Positions 11,100-23,213 of a stretch of 64,000 nucleotides of DNA are shown here, one piece after another. The DNA comes from Laetmonice hystrix. Lineage: Eukaryota. The stretch covers positions 35,404,001 through 35,468,000 of the forward strand of contig OZ249440.1 of NCBI GenBank assembly GCA_965235115.1. The letters run 5' to 3'. Below the pieces are notes generated by a model. The model had not been told where the DNA came from. It did not search any database and was given only the letters and a program-made list of their open reading frames with translations. Made by a program: the position numbers and the translations under genes. Within the stretch, counting starts at the first letter, position 1. The number at the start of each line of letters is the position of its first letter.

Positions 11100-12383
11100 A
11101 TGGCCTCAAACAATCCCCCAAAAAGAAAACTACTGAAACTAACGGACTCTGACTCGGACCGGTCTATGGAGAATGAATACTTGACGGAATGGCCTCGTTT
11201 CATCATTGTTGAATCGGCAGAAGCTGAACGACCAATATCTAAGCTATCCCCTTTTGCCATACATAAAGGTATATTGGGGATAGCTGGAACAGTCAAAGAT
11301 TGTAAACGTTTGAGGTCTGGCCAACTGTTGGTGGAGTGTGCCACGAAGGCCCAATCTGCAAACCTGCTGAGTGCCACAGTACTCGCAGGTTACAGTATTA
11401 AGGCCTCTCGTCACCGGATGCTCAACTCCAGCAAGGGTGTTATAAGAACAAACTCTCTTGACACTACAACTGAACAGGAGATCCTTGCTGGGTTGAGCTG
11501 GCAAGGTGTGTCGGAAGTCAGAAGATTGATAGTGAAACGAGATGGTAACACCATCAAGACACACACATATTTTCTGACATTCGACAGGCCCACTCTACCA
11601 GATGAACTCGAGGTTGGCTTTCTAAAGGTAAAAGTTGATCCCTACATCCCGAATCCTCTGCGTTGCTTTAAGTGCCAGAGGTTTGGGCATGGGACCGACT
11701 CATGTAGAAATGAACAAAAATGTTCGCAGTGCGCTGAAACAGGCCATGACCATACTGGCTGTGAAAAACCTGCCAAATGCACCAACTGTGGTCAGGGTCA
11801 TTCCACTGTTTCACGCGAATGTTCCGTGTGGAAGAAGGAGAAGGAAATCCTAAAGGTTAAGACAGAAAGAAAACTTAGTTTCCCTGAGGCACGAAAGTTG
11901 GTGGAGCAATATATGCTTCCACCAACAGTTAAAACCTATGCTGCCGCTGTTAAGCCTACCACACGGACTTTCGCTTGTCAAACGGAGATGGTGTGGGTCA
12001 AGGGGGATAAACCTGTGACCTACCCTGATCCCGCTGACAGCACAAATGAACCACCTAAGAAAGCAGTCTCGAGTCAGCCACCTAAAAAAGCCACCTCAAC
12101 ACAGAGCCAGACAACCTCGGTTCCTCCTCCACAGGCCGGGCCGAGTAATAAAGAACCAACTCCAAAAACTGATCAACCGAGTACAAAAGAGCCATCTACC
12201 AAAAAACATCAACAAAAAAAGAAAATAATAACAGATCGGCTGCCCAAGGCAGCCTCCAACAATAGTGCAATAGCACTTACAAACAAATTTCAACATCTTC
12301 AAGATGTTGAAATGGCTGATGCTACGCCTTGTCGTAGTCGCAGCCTTTCCCCCAAAATAAAGTCTAGGGCGTTTGCCTGTTAA
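11100..12383 (+). CDS. ORF1 gag-like nucleic-acid-binding protein with 3 CCHC knuckles
   Basis: CFKCQRFGH..C, CSQCAETGH..C, CTNCGQGH..C; first ATG at 11100; 2-nt deletion near the end relative to copy 2. Confidence 0.9.
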   Translation: MASNNPPKRKLLKLTDSDSDRSMENEYLTEWPRFIIVESAEAERPISKLSPFAIHKGILGIAGTVKDCKRLRSGQLLVECATKAQSANLLSATVLAGYSIKASRHRMLNSSKGVIRTNSLDTTTEQEILAGLSWQGVSEVRRLIVKRDGNTIKTHTYFLTFDRPTLPDELEVGFLKVKVDPYIPNPLRCFKCQRFGHGTDSCRNEQKCSQCAETGHDHTGCEKPAKCTNCGQGHSTVSRECSVWKKEKEILKVKTERKLSFPEARKLVEQYMLPPTVKTYAAAVKPTTRTFACQTEMVWVKGDKPVTYPDPADSTNEPPKKAVSSQPPKKATSTQSQTTSVPPPQAGPSNKEPTPKTDQPSTKEPSTKKHQQKKKIITDRLPKAASNNSAIALTNKFQHLQDVEMADATPCRSRSLSPKIKSRAFAC

Positions 12384-12392
12384 ACCACCTTG

Positions 12393-15300
12393 ATGGCAGG
12401 CAAATGCTTCCTTCAATGGAATTGTCGAGGTTTTAGAGCCAATTTTAATGAGCTCAGACTTTTAGCAGAAAACCTTGATCCTCTTGCCCTTTGTCTACAA
12501 GAAACATTTCTTACTGCCCGAGACAAAGTCTCATTTAAGGGCTATCAGACTTTCCTTGGTTTTGCACCAGATGGTGACCGTGCTGCTGGCGGCACTGCCA
12601 TTCTGGTCCGACAAGACCTCATCCATAGCCCAGTTACAATAGACACACCATTACAAGCAATAGCCATACGCCTAACTCTACATAAAGCCATCACTATCTG
12701 CTCCATATACATTCCCCCAAACAGTAACTTGGCCCACCAGGATCTTAATGATTTAGTGGGTCAACTGCCAACTCCATATCTCCTTTTGGGAGATTTTAAT
12801 GGCCACAATCCCTTATGGGCTGGTACCACAACTGATGGCAAGGGCAAGAAGATTGAAGAGTTCATTGATAATCATGCTCTATGCATTTTTAATGATGGTT
12901 CAAACACATACTTACATCCCGGTTATGGCACTTATACAGCCATTGACCTTGCAATAGCTGAACCAGATCTGCTGCTGGATTTCTCCTGGAGGGTCTGGGA
13001 TGACCTTTGCGGGAGTGACCACTTTCCCACCATCCTTTCATATGAAGGACCCAATATAGGGGAAAAGCAACAACGGTGGCAACTTAAGAAAGCCGACTGG
13101 CACTCCTTCCAGACCCTCTGTCGGGAGGAATTCACAGCAGACATCATTAACGATCCTGAAGCAATGGATGATTTTACCTCGCTTTTCATCTCCATTGCAG
13201 ATAGGACAGTTCCTAAAACCTCGACAATTCCCAAACATGTCTCAAATCCATGGTTTAATGAAGACTGCAAGCAGGCAATTAAAGACCGAAAGAAAGCAGA
13301 ACGCCTTTTCAACAGGCATCCAACTGCAGTGAACCTTACTAATTTTAAAATTATGAGAGCAAGGGCACGCCGTATCTGCAAAGAGAGTCGGAGGCAGAGC
13401 TGGAGAGACTACGTCTCCAGCCTGACCTCTCGTACTCCTATCAAAAAAGTCTGGAACATGATACGGAGACTTAAAGGCAAGGGAGGTGGTACTGGAGTTC
13501 AACACTTAAAACACCAAGACACCCTACTAACCACCACAGATGAAATAGCAAATAAACTGGCCAAAACCTTTGAAACAAACTCCTCCTCCAGGAACTGCCT
13601 CCCTCAATTCCAAGCCATTCGTGCTCGAAAAGAGAAACAAAAACTAAATTTCCACTCTAACAACACAGAAGAGTATAACCAACTCTTTTCCATTGAAGAA
13701 CTAAGATGCTCTCTTAAAAAATCACACGACACTGCAGTTGGACCTGACAAAGTACATTACCAATTCTTAAAACATCTACCCGACACCACCCTCCTCATCC
13801 TTCTTCACATTTTCAACAATATCTGGATAACTGGTAATATACCCCTTTCCTGGCAAGAAGCAATAATCATCCCCATCCCAAAACCAGGAAAAGACCATAG
13901 TGAAGCTAACAATTACAGACCAATAGCCTTAACAAGTTGCCTGTGCAAAACCATGGAGAGAATGATTAATGATCGCCTCGTCTGGAAGCTGGAGTCTGAG
14001 CAGCTCATAACCGAGTTTCAGTGTGGCTTCCGGCGAGGGAGAAGTACTCTTGATCATCTAATCAGACTCGAGACATACATCCGAGATGCTTTTATCAACC
14101 GTGAACATGTTGTTGCCGTCTTTTTCGACCTTGAAAAGGCATACGACACAACATGGAAGTACGGCATTTTAAAGGATTTACATGATATGGGTTTTAGGGG
14201 GCGTTTGCCCCTTTTCATCTCTCAGTTTTTATCCAACAGACATTTTCAAGTCAGAGTAGGCACGACCCTGTCTGACTTGCACGACCAAGAATTAGGTGTG
14301 CCTCAGGGAAGCATTTTGTCCGTTACCCTTTTTAGTATTAAGATCAACAGCATTGTTAACTCGGTTAAAACTGGCATGCCCTGCAGCCTGTTCGTCGATG
14401 ACTTTGACGTCTGCTGCAGAGGCAAAAACATGAATGCCATTGAGAGGCAGCTCCAACTCTGTCTCAACAGAATCCACACTTGGTCGGTGGAAAATGGTTT
14501 TAAATTTTCAAAATCTAAAACGGTCTGCATGCATTTCTGCAAACTGCGTGCTTTCCACCTTGACCCCGAGTTGACAATGGATGGAGATCCTATCAAGGTT
14601 GTTAAAGAGACAAAGTTTCTTTTATCCCTCACATTAAATCCCTCAAATCCAGATGCCTTAAGGCTCTGGATGTTCTCAAGGTTTTATCTGGCACAAACTG
14701 GGGGGCAGACAGTACAGTCCTTTTACAACTGTACAGAGCTTTAATCCGGTCGAAGCTCGATTACGGCAGCATAGTTTACGGCTCTGCTTGTAAGTCTTAC
14801 ATACGGCTTTTGGACACGGTTCACCACCAGGGTTTGCGGCTTTCACTTGGGGCTTTTAGAACGTCTCCTGTTCAGAGCCTCTATGTGGAGGCCAGAGAGC
14901 CCTCGCTTTACAACAGGCGTATGAAGCTGGCTCTGCAGTATGCAGTCAAGCTCGGGACAAACAGTTCAAATCCAGCTTACAATTGCGTTTTTCACCCTCA
15001 GTTCCAACATTTATATGAAAGAAAGGAAACGTACATACGTCCTTTTGGACTGAGGGTGAAACCTCATCTAGAGGAACTGGATGTGGATCTGAACGTCCTG
15101 GGGCAGACACACTTTTGCAATATCCCTCCTTGGGACCTAGAAAAGCCTGATGTCATCCTTCAGTTGGCTCAACTGAAGAAGTCGGAGACTCATCCCCTGA
15201 CATATTTTGACCATTTCCTTGACGTCCAGGCAAGGTATCCATCTCATTATGCCTTCTATACTGATGGCTCAAAGGATGGCAGTGATGTGTCTGCGGCAGC

Positions 15301-16048
15301 AGTTCATGGCAAACACAACTTCGGCACCCGCATCTCAGGGCAAAGTTCCATCTTCTCAGCAGAGGCCCGGGCCCTGCTTCTTGCCCTTCAAAATATTGAA
15401 GTTTCTGGCAAAAAGGACTTCCTTATTTTCTCGGATTCCTTATCCTGTCTGCAAGCACTTGCTAACTTGAACACAGATCACCCAGTGATCGTTCGAATCT
15501 TGTCCAAGTTGGCAATGCTTGCCAATGCAAACTTTGACATTCACTTTTGCTGGGTGCCTGGTCATGTTGGCATCCCCGGCAATGAGCAAGCAGACAGAAC
15601 TGCCAAGAGAGCTCTTGAAACAGACGTCGAATTGTGTCCAATCCCAGCCTCTGACCTCAGACCTACCATCTGGGCTTATGTTAAAAACAAATGGCAGGCC
15701 GAATGGGATGAACAACCAAACAATAAGTTGTATCAGATCAGTCCCATCGTAAACCAAAGGTATCATCATGGCCTAACCCAACGGAGGCATGAAATTGTTT
15801 TTACTCGATGCAGAGTTGGTCATTCTAGATTAACTCATGTGTTTTTATTGAAGGGGGAGCCACCTCCAGAATGTCATGGCTGTCAGTGTCCTTTGACACT
15901 GAAGCATCTTTTACTCGAATGTGGTGATTTTACTCTCATCAGACAAAGGTTTTATAATGAGACAAGTCTTAAGGATCTTTTTAGCAATATCAGACCAGGA
16001 GTGATTTTAGAGTTCTTGTCAGAGGCTGGACTTCTGAATCTTTTATAG
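12393..16048 (+). pseudogene. ORF2 APE-RT-RNase H-CCHC, frameshifted by a 28-bp deletion at ~14620
   Basis: QWNCRG, LQET, GDFN, SDH; QCGFR, DLEKAYD, GVPQGS, LFVDD; YTDGS, SAE, FSDS, WVPGH.GI.GNE.AD; C..C...H...C; deletion (TCT microhomology) evident against copy 2. Confidence 0.95.
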
Positions 16049-16189
16049 ATGTGTTTTGGTGGTGTTCCCGTTGGGACCCGGGATAAAATAGGTTCCTTTG
16101 GTTTTATGGTCTTATAACTCTGTTTTCGCCGTGAATATGGCCCCAGATGCCGACACGGCGCAAAACCACCACTACTCACTCACTCACTC

Positions 16190-16870
16190 CGTACATGGAC
16201 TACACTGACTTCTTAGTTGACTGTGCCACTAAAAGAACTAATGGGAAATTACAGAAATTACAGAATAGAGCTCTCAGACTAATAAGAATGTCGAAAGAAC
16301 CAGACCGTATGATGCTAAGTACAGAAGAACTACATAGGCAATATGGTATACAATATCTTGATGTCAGACGAAATCAACACCTCCTGTATCACATGTATAG
16401 ATGTTCAAACAACCCACTGTTGCTCAAGGACGGCACACAAGGCATCCAATCACGTGCCAGTAAAAAGATCAGATTTGAAATCGACAGACCAAAAAAAGCA
16501 CTGTACTTCCGTTGCCCAATGTACAGAGGAACGAAAGCCTGGGACAACCTCTCTATAGAAACGCAAACTGCAGTATCCCTACCGTATTTCAAGCGTAACA
16601 TACGGACTAATACTTAATCCAACTCATATAGTCCGTGTCATCATGTATCTATATATATAAGTGTAATAAGTGAAACTGTGTATATATACACCTAGGTATC
16701 TATGATACAGCATAAGGGTGACGATACTAAGCAAGGCAAATGTATTCATCATTACACTAACATGTTTCTTACACGTTAATGATTCATATGTTGATGTATA
16801 CCAGCAGTGAAAATCATATGTAAAGTGTGACTGCTGAAGACCTAATAAAAAAAAAAAAAAAAAAAAAAAA
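16190..16870 (+). mobile_element. 3' fragment of a CR1/L2-group LINE (RT C-terminus, 3'UTR, poly(A))
   Basis: DY.D...KLQKLQNRALRLI...LH......L..RR..H...Y.G...W..L; stop at 16617; AATAAA running into poly(A) at 16844-16870. Confidence 0.8.
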
Positions 16871-18340
16871 GCGACCACGAAGAAGTGGATGAACAGGTTC
16901 GGAGCAAGGGTAGTACAGATATGTCAGTGGGTGACCAAGGAAACAAAAGTTGTAGTAGTAGGGTAGACGTGTCCAATCAGTGTCGCAGTTCTCGCGTAAA
17001 GAGGTGTCCAAAGCAGCTTGACCTGTAACTGAGATGTATGATTTGATTGGCTTCAGAATGCCCCCCACAGCACTGCAGTCACGGTGCCACACCTGCCACC
17101 GAGCTTTCCATAACCCGGAGGACCTGTTCAACCACAGGATGAGGGTACATGGGGATCGGGCTTACCGTTGCCCCCTCTGTACTTATGTAACAGCTCGAAG
17201 AGAACCATTGCGCGGCATCACGCGAGGACAAGGTATCTGGGCCGGACCATCCAGATGGCAGACATCATCCTGCTGAACGAGCGTGATGCCCTCAGCCCCC
17301 GCACCACCGGATTGCCAATCAACACTGCCACAGCGTCCCCACCAACGACCTCCGAGCTGCTCACCCCAGCTACACCGTCAACTACCTCCAAGCCGCTCAC
17401 CCCAGCAACATCGTCAGCGACCTCCAAGCTGCTCACCCCAGCTACATCGTCAGCGACCTCCGAGCTGCCCACCCCAGCAACATTGTCAGCGACCTCCAAG
17501 CTGCCCACCCCAACAACATCGTCAACGACATCTAAGCCACCCACCCCATCAACATCGTCACACTCAACAACATCGTCAACAACCTCCTCAATACCGCCCC
17601 CTCCGACCACACCATTGACGCCTTTATCGTGAAGAAGACTTGTGAGTTGGGCCGCTCTCCCCAGATTCGGTTGGGAAGCCCAGCAAGCAGTCCAGGAACA
17701 ACCGGAGTGGAGCTCCATGTATGTCAGCCTACCAGCCCAGCCATCTCCACCGTCGCCCACGACACAGGATGTGGCAGTGCAGACTGTTGCCACCTTCAGC
17801 AGGCAGACAGATAGTAGGTGGGGCCCAGAAGATTGGCACCCCGTCAAGGCAGTGGTGCTCATGAGGACACTGACTAATGTCTTCAGGTACGAGGACGGCC
17901 GAACCATCACCCAAACTGTGCGGGAGGTGCTTCTGCCAGAGAACCTCTCCCCCGAGCCGGGGGTTCTAGATGGCCCAACCCTGCCGATGCCAGATGACAA
18001 ACAACCCAACAACCGAGATGGAAACTGAGAAAACAAGGAAGACGACGGTACTACAGTGGCTGCAGTGGAAGAAGGGCGATGACAACCGGAACGACCACCG
18101 ACGTGACCAGAAGTGACCGTGTTTAGATAGCCAGTTTACCTTTTTAAGTCTAAAGTAGTAAGTGAGGGATATTTGATTGTTTTTTTATATGTGTTATGTT
18201 TATATTGTAAGATGTTTGTGCTTGTAAATATGTTGTGTTGTAATGATGACTTTCAGGTTCGTCTTTGCGTACAGTTATAATGCGGGGACGCATTAGTCCT
18301 AGGTGGGGGTAGTATGATGAACCTGAGTCATCGCTTAACT
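16871..18340 (+). mobile_element. Probable LTR-retrotransposon 3' internal region with C2H2 zinc-finger accessory ORF, PPT and LTR start
   Basis: CHTCHRAF..L..H...H and CPLC.Y.....L fingers (17085-17230, frameshifted); purine tract AGGTGGGGGTAGTA at 18301-18314 followed by TG. Confidence 0.5.
17340..17590 (+). repeat. 39-bp coding minisatellite (~6 copies, T/S/P-rich 13-aa unit)
   Basis: CGACCTCC(G/A)AGCTGC(T/C)CACCCCAGC(T/A)ACATCGTCAG repeats. Confidence 0.85.
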
Positions 18341-18784
18341 ATATTTTGTATCACTGTATTATTGGTGCAGTGTTTGACCTTTTGTTGCCATGACGTCAGC
18401 TACCAGTGACCGCCAGTTCCCTTCTCCCAGCCACCAAGCCAGCCCGGATACCCCCTCCCCCCTCACACTGCCCAGTCAGCCCCACCCCACCCCCTCTGAG
18501 TCCAGAGAAGTAGTCAACTTGAAATCGCCCGAGTGTGGGTTTTTCACGTTTCGTAAGCATTATTATTTATTTATTTGTAAGGTATTCAGAAATGCCCCAT
18601 CTAATCAGAGTAATTATCGTCCCTTTATTCCCACCAGTATTCTGAACTTTTATAACTGCGCATCGTGCAGTTTTCCTGTTTGTAAATTCTCCCAACCCTC
18701 CTAGAGGTATAAATATAAGTCCGTTTTCCCCTGTCCAGGCAGTGGAACTCTGCATTGGAGTCTAGGAGCCGTGGCTGCCTGGTG

Positions 18785-19040
18785 CCCGTCACCCGAACTT
18801 AGCACTCCTCTCGGCCAAGGCTGCCTCTCGTGGGCCCGCCTGCCGAGAACCGACTCAGCCCCTCCCCTCCTCGGCCAAGGTTGCCCTTGGGCCCGCCAGC
18901 CGAGAACCCACTCGCTCCCGTCGGCTGTGGCTGCCCGTGGGGCCCGCCACCCGACATGACGTTCCCGTGACCCGCCAACCCCCTGTGACCCGCCATTCCC
19001 TGCCCCTGTTGCCGGCCGTGACTGCCCTCGGGCCCGTCAC
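18785..19040. repeat. GC-rich degenerate tandem repeats
   Basis: Two ~58-bp units CTCGGCCAAGG..GGGCCCGCC.GCCGAGAACC.ACTC and repeated CCCGTGACCCGCC. Confidence 0.55.
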
Positions 19041-19529
19041 CTGGCGTCTCTGGCCACTGACCACTGATATTTGAGCATGGCATGTGTATCCATGTAAACG
19101 TTCAGTCGGCCATTAAACTAGTCCACGTATTTTTCTATGCCTCTGTTTTGGAGTTTTCACTTCACGTTGCATAACTGCGTGCTAATACCATCCAGTGATT
19201 GTAGGATATTTGAACACAACGAGGTCCCACGTTCAGAGTCCAATGACCCTAGTTAGTTATTGAGAACTTGTGTTAAAATAGTTAAACCTATTCCACCCTT
19301 TCTCTACATGCGTGATCCCGGTATCTAGTCACTGTGAGCGTCAGTTACTGTGAGCGGCTTGATTTTGACGGTTTCATGGTGTGTGTGTGTGTGTAGTGGT
19401 GATTTTCCGCCGTGTCGGCATCCGGGGCCATATTCACGGCGAAAACAGGGTTAAAAGACCATGAAATGAAAGGAACCTATTTTATCCCGGGCCCCAACGG
19501 GAATATCCTTAGCTATCATCGAGCATGAA

Positions 19530-22500
19530 CTATAAAAGAGTCAGAAGTCTGGCCTCTGACAAAAACTCTAAAATCACTCCTGGTCTAACATTGCTAAAAA
19601 GGTCCTTAAGACTTGTCTCATTATAAAACCGTTGTCTGATCAGAGTAAAATCACCACACTCAAGTAAAAGATGCTTCAGTGTCAAAGGACACTGACAACC
19701 ATAACACTCTGGAGGCGGCTCCCCCTTCAATAAAAACACATGAGTTAATCTAGAATGACCAACTCTGCATCGAGTAAAAACAATTTCATGCCTACGTTGG
19801 GTTAGGCCGTGACGGTACCTTTGGTTCACGATGGGACTGATCTGATACAATTTATTGTTTGGTTGTTCATCCCATTCAGCCTGCCATTTGTTCCTAACGT
19901 AAGCCCAGATGGTAGGTCTGAGATCAGAGGCAGGGATTGGACACAGTTCGACGTCTGTTTCAAGAGCCCTCTTGGCAGTTCTGTCAGCTTGCTCATTGCC
20001 CGGGATGCCAACATGACCAGGCACCCAGCAAAAGTGAATATCAAAGTTTGCATTGGCAAGCACTGCCAACTTGGACAAGATTTGAACGATCACTGGGTGA
20101 TCTGTGTTCAAGTTAGCAAGTGCTTGCAGACAGGATAAGGAATCCGAGAAAATGAGAAAACCCTTTTCACTAGAAACTTCAATATTTTCAAGGGCAAGAA
20201 CCAGGGCCCGGGCCTCTGCTGAGAAGATGGAACTTTGCCCCGAGATGCGGGTGCCGAAGTTGTGCTTGCCATGAACTGCAGCCGCAGACACATCACTGCC
20301 ATCCTTTGAGCCATCTGTATAGAAGGCATAATGTGAGGGATACCTTGCCTGGACGTCAAGAAAATGTTCAAAATATGTCAGGGGATGAGTCTCTGACTTC
20401 TTCAGTTGAGCCAACTGAAAAATGACGTCAGGCTTTTTCAGGTCCCAAGGAGGAATGTTGCAAAAATGTGTCTGCCCCAGGACGTGCAGATCAACATCCA
20501 GTTCCTCTAGATGAGGTTTCACCCTCAGTCCAAAAGGACGTATGTACGTTTCCTTTCTTTCATATAAATGTTGGAACTGAGGGTGAAAAACGCAATTGTA
20601 AGCTGGATTTGAACTGTTTGTCCTGAGCTTGACTGCATACTGCAGAGCCAGCTTCAGACGCCTGTTGTCAAGCGATGGCTCTCGGGCCTCCACATAGAGG
20701 CTCTGAACAGGAGACGTTCTAAAAGCCCCAAGTGAAAGCCGCAAACCCTGGTGGTGAACCGTGTCCAAAAGCCGAATGTAAGACTTACAAGCAGAACCAT
20801 AAACTATGCTGCCGTAATCGAGCTTCGACCGGATTAAAGCTCTGTACAGTTGTAAAAGGACTGTACTGTCTGCCCCCCAGTTTGTGCCAGATAAAACCTT
20901 GAGAACATCCAGAGCCTTAAGGCATCTGGATTTCAGTGATTTAATGTGAGGGACAAAAGACAGCTTGCTGTCAAAAGTGAGTCCCAGAAACTTTGTCTCC
21001 TTAACGACCTTGATAGGATCTCCATCCATTGTCAACTCAGGGTCAAGGTGGAAAGCACGCAGTTTGCAGAAATGCATGCAGACCGTTTTAGACTTTGAAA
21101 ACTTAAAACCATTTTCCACCGACCAAGTGTGGATTCTGTTGAGACAGAGTTGGAGCTGCCTCTCAATGGCATTCATGTTTTTGCCTCTGCAGCAGACGTC
21201 AAAGTCATCGACAAACAGGCTGCAGGGCATGCCAGTTTTAACCGAGTTAACAATGCTGTTGATCTTAATACTAAAAAGGGTAACGGACAAAATGCTTCCC
21301 TGAGGCACACCTAATTCTTGGTCGTGCAAGTCAGACAGGGTCGTGCCTACTCTGACTTGAAAATGTCTGTTGGATAAAAACTGAGATATGAAAAGGGGCA
21401 AACGCCCCCTAAAACCCATATCATGTAAATCTTTTAAAATGCCGTACTTCCATGTTGTGTCGTATGCCTTTTCAAGGTCGAAAAATACGGCAACAACATG
21501 TTCACGGTTGATAAAAGCATCTCGGATGTATGTCTCGAGTCTGATTAGATGATCAAGAGTACTTCTCCCTCGCCGGAAGCCACACTGAAACTCGGTTATG
21601 AGCTGCTCAGACTCCAGCTTCCAGACGAGGCGATCATTAATCATTCTCTCCATGGTTTTGCACAGGCAACTTGTTAAGGCTATTGGTCTGTAATTGTTAG
21701 CTTCACTATGGTCTTTTCCTGGTTTTGGGATGGGGATGATTATTGCTTCTTGCCAGGAACGGGGTATATTACCAGTTATCCAGATATTGTTGAAAATGTG
21801 AAGAAGTATGAGAAGGGTGGTATCAGGTAAATGTTTTTAAAATTGGTAATGTATTCTGTCAGGTCCAACTGCAGTGTCGTGTGATTTTTTAAGAGAGCAT
21901 TTGAGTTCTTCAATAGAGAAGAGTTGGTTGTACTCTTCTCTGTTGTCAGAATGGAAGTTTAGTTTTTGTTTCTCTTTTCGAGCACGAATGGCTTGGAATG
22001 GAGGGAGGCAGTTCCTGGAGGAGGAGTTTGTTTGAAATGTTTCGGCTAGTTTGTTAGCTATTGCATCTGTGGTGGTTAATAAGGTGTTTTGATGTTTTAA
22101 GTGTTGAACTCCAGTACCACCTCCCTTGCCTTTAAGTTTCCGTATCATGTTCCAGATTTTTGTGATAGGAGTACGAGAGGTCAGGCTGGAGACATAGTCT
22201 CTCCAGCTCTGCCTCCGTCTCTCTTTACAGATACGGCGTGCCCTTGCTCTCATGATTTTAAAGTTGGTAAGGTTCACTGCAGTTGGGTGCCTGTTAAAAA
22301 GGCGTTCTGCTTTCTTCCGGTCTTTAATTGCCTGTTTGCAGTCATCATTAAACCATGGATTTGAGACATGTTTATGAATTGTCGAGGTTTTAGGAAGCGT
22401 CCTGTCTGCAATGGAGATTAAAAGCGAGGTAAAATCATCCATTGCTTCAGGATCGTTAATGTTGTCTGCTCTGAATTCCTCCCGACAGAGGGCCTGGAAG

Positions 22501-23213
22501 GAGTGCCAGTCGGCTTTCTTAAGTTGCCACCTTTGTTGTTTTTGCCCTATACTGGGTCCTTCATATGTAAGGATGGTGGGAAAGTGGTCACTCCCGCAAA
22601 GGTCGTCCAAGACCCTCCAGGAGAAATCCAGCAGCAGATCTGGTTTGGCTATTGCAAGGTCAATGGCTGTATAGGTGCCATGACCAGGATGTAGGTATGT
22701 GTTTGAACCATCATTAAAAATGCATAGAGCATGATTATCAATGAACTCTTCAATCCTCTTGCCCTTGCCATCAGTTGTGGTGCCACCCCATAAGGGATTG
22801 TGGCCATTAAAATCTCCCAAAAGGAGATACGGAGTTGGCAGTTGACCCACTAAATCATCAAGATCCTGGTGGGCCAAGTTACTGTTTGGGGGAATGTATA
22901 TGGAGCAGACAGTGATGGCTTTATGTAGAGTTAGGCGTATGGCTATTGCTTGCAATGGTGTGTTTATTGTAATAGGGCTATGGATGAGGTCCTGTCGAAC
23001 CAGAATGGCAGTGCCGCCAGAAGCACGGTCACCATCTGGTGCAAAACCAAAGAAAGTGTGATAGCCCTTAAATGAGACCTTGTCTCGGGCAGTAAGAAAT
23101 GTCTCTTGTAGGCAAAAGGCAAGAGGATTGAGGTTTTCTGCTAAAAGTCTGAGCTCATTAAAATTGGCTCTAAAACCTCGACAATTCCATTGAAGGAAGC
23201 ATTTGCCTGCCAT
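19530..23213 (-). pseudogene. ORF2 APE-RT-RNase H-CCHC with one in-frame nonsense codon (TTA>TAA at 21837-21839)
   Basis: ORF-track pieces 21837..23216 and 19530..21653 are in the same frame; all motifs as in copy 1. Confidence 0.93.

Larger units (their letters stand above)
10587..16189 (+). mobile_element. I-group (I/Nimb-like) LINE, near full-length copy 1, 3'UTR type A
   Basis: 5' end shared with copy 2; ORF1+ORF2; (ACTC)4 tail; no TSD visible. Confidence 0.95.

Noticed and set aside
11021..15769. Many antisense and alternate-frame ORFs recurring in each I copy
   Set aside because: Shadows of the real ORFs; recurrence reflects copy identity, with no independent motifs
16066..16110. Pistol or twister ribozyme in the 3'UTR
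   Set aside because: Shares only a loop pseudoknot and A-rich linker; the other helices and conserved catalytic nucleotides are not identifiable
10560..16900. Copy 1 plus downstream CR1-like 3' fragment as a single chimeric insertion
   Set aside because: No TSD flanks the combined unit (TTTTTTAGCAG vs GCGACCACG), so a single event is unsupported
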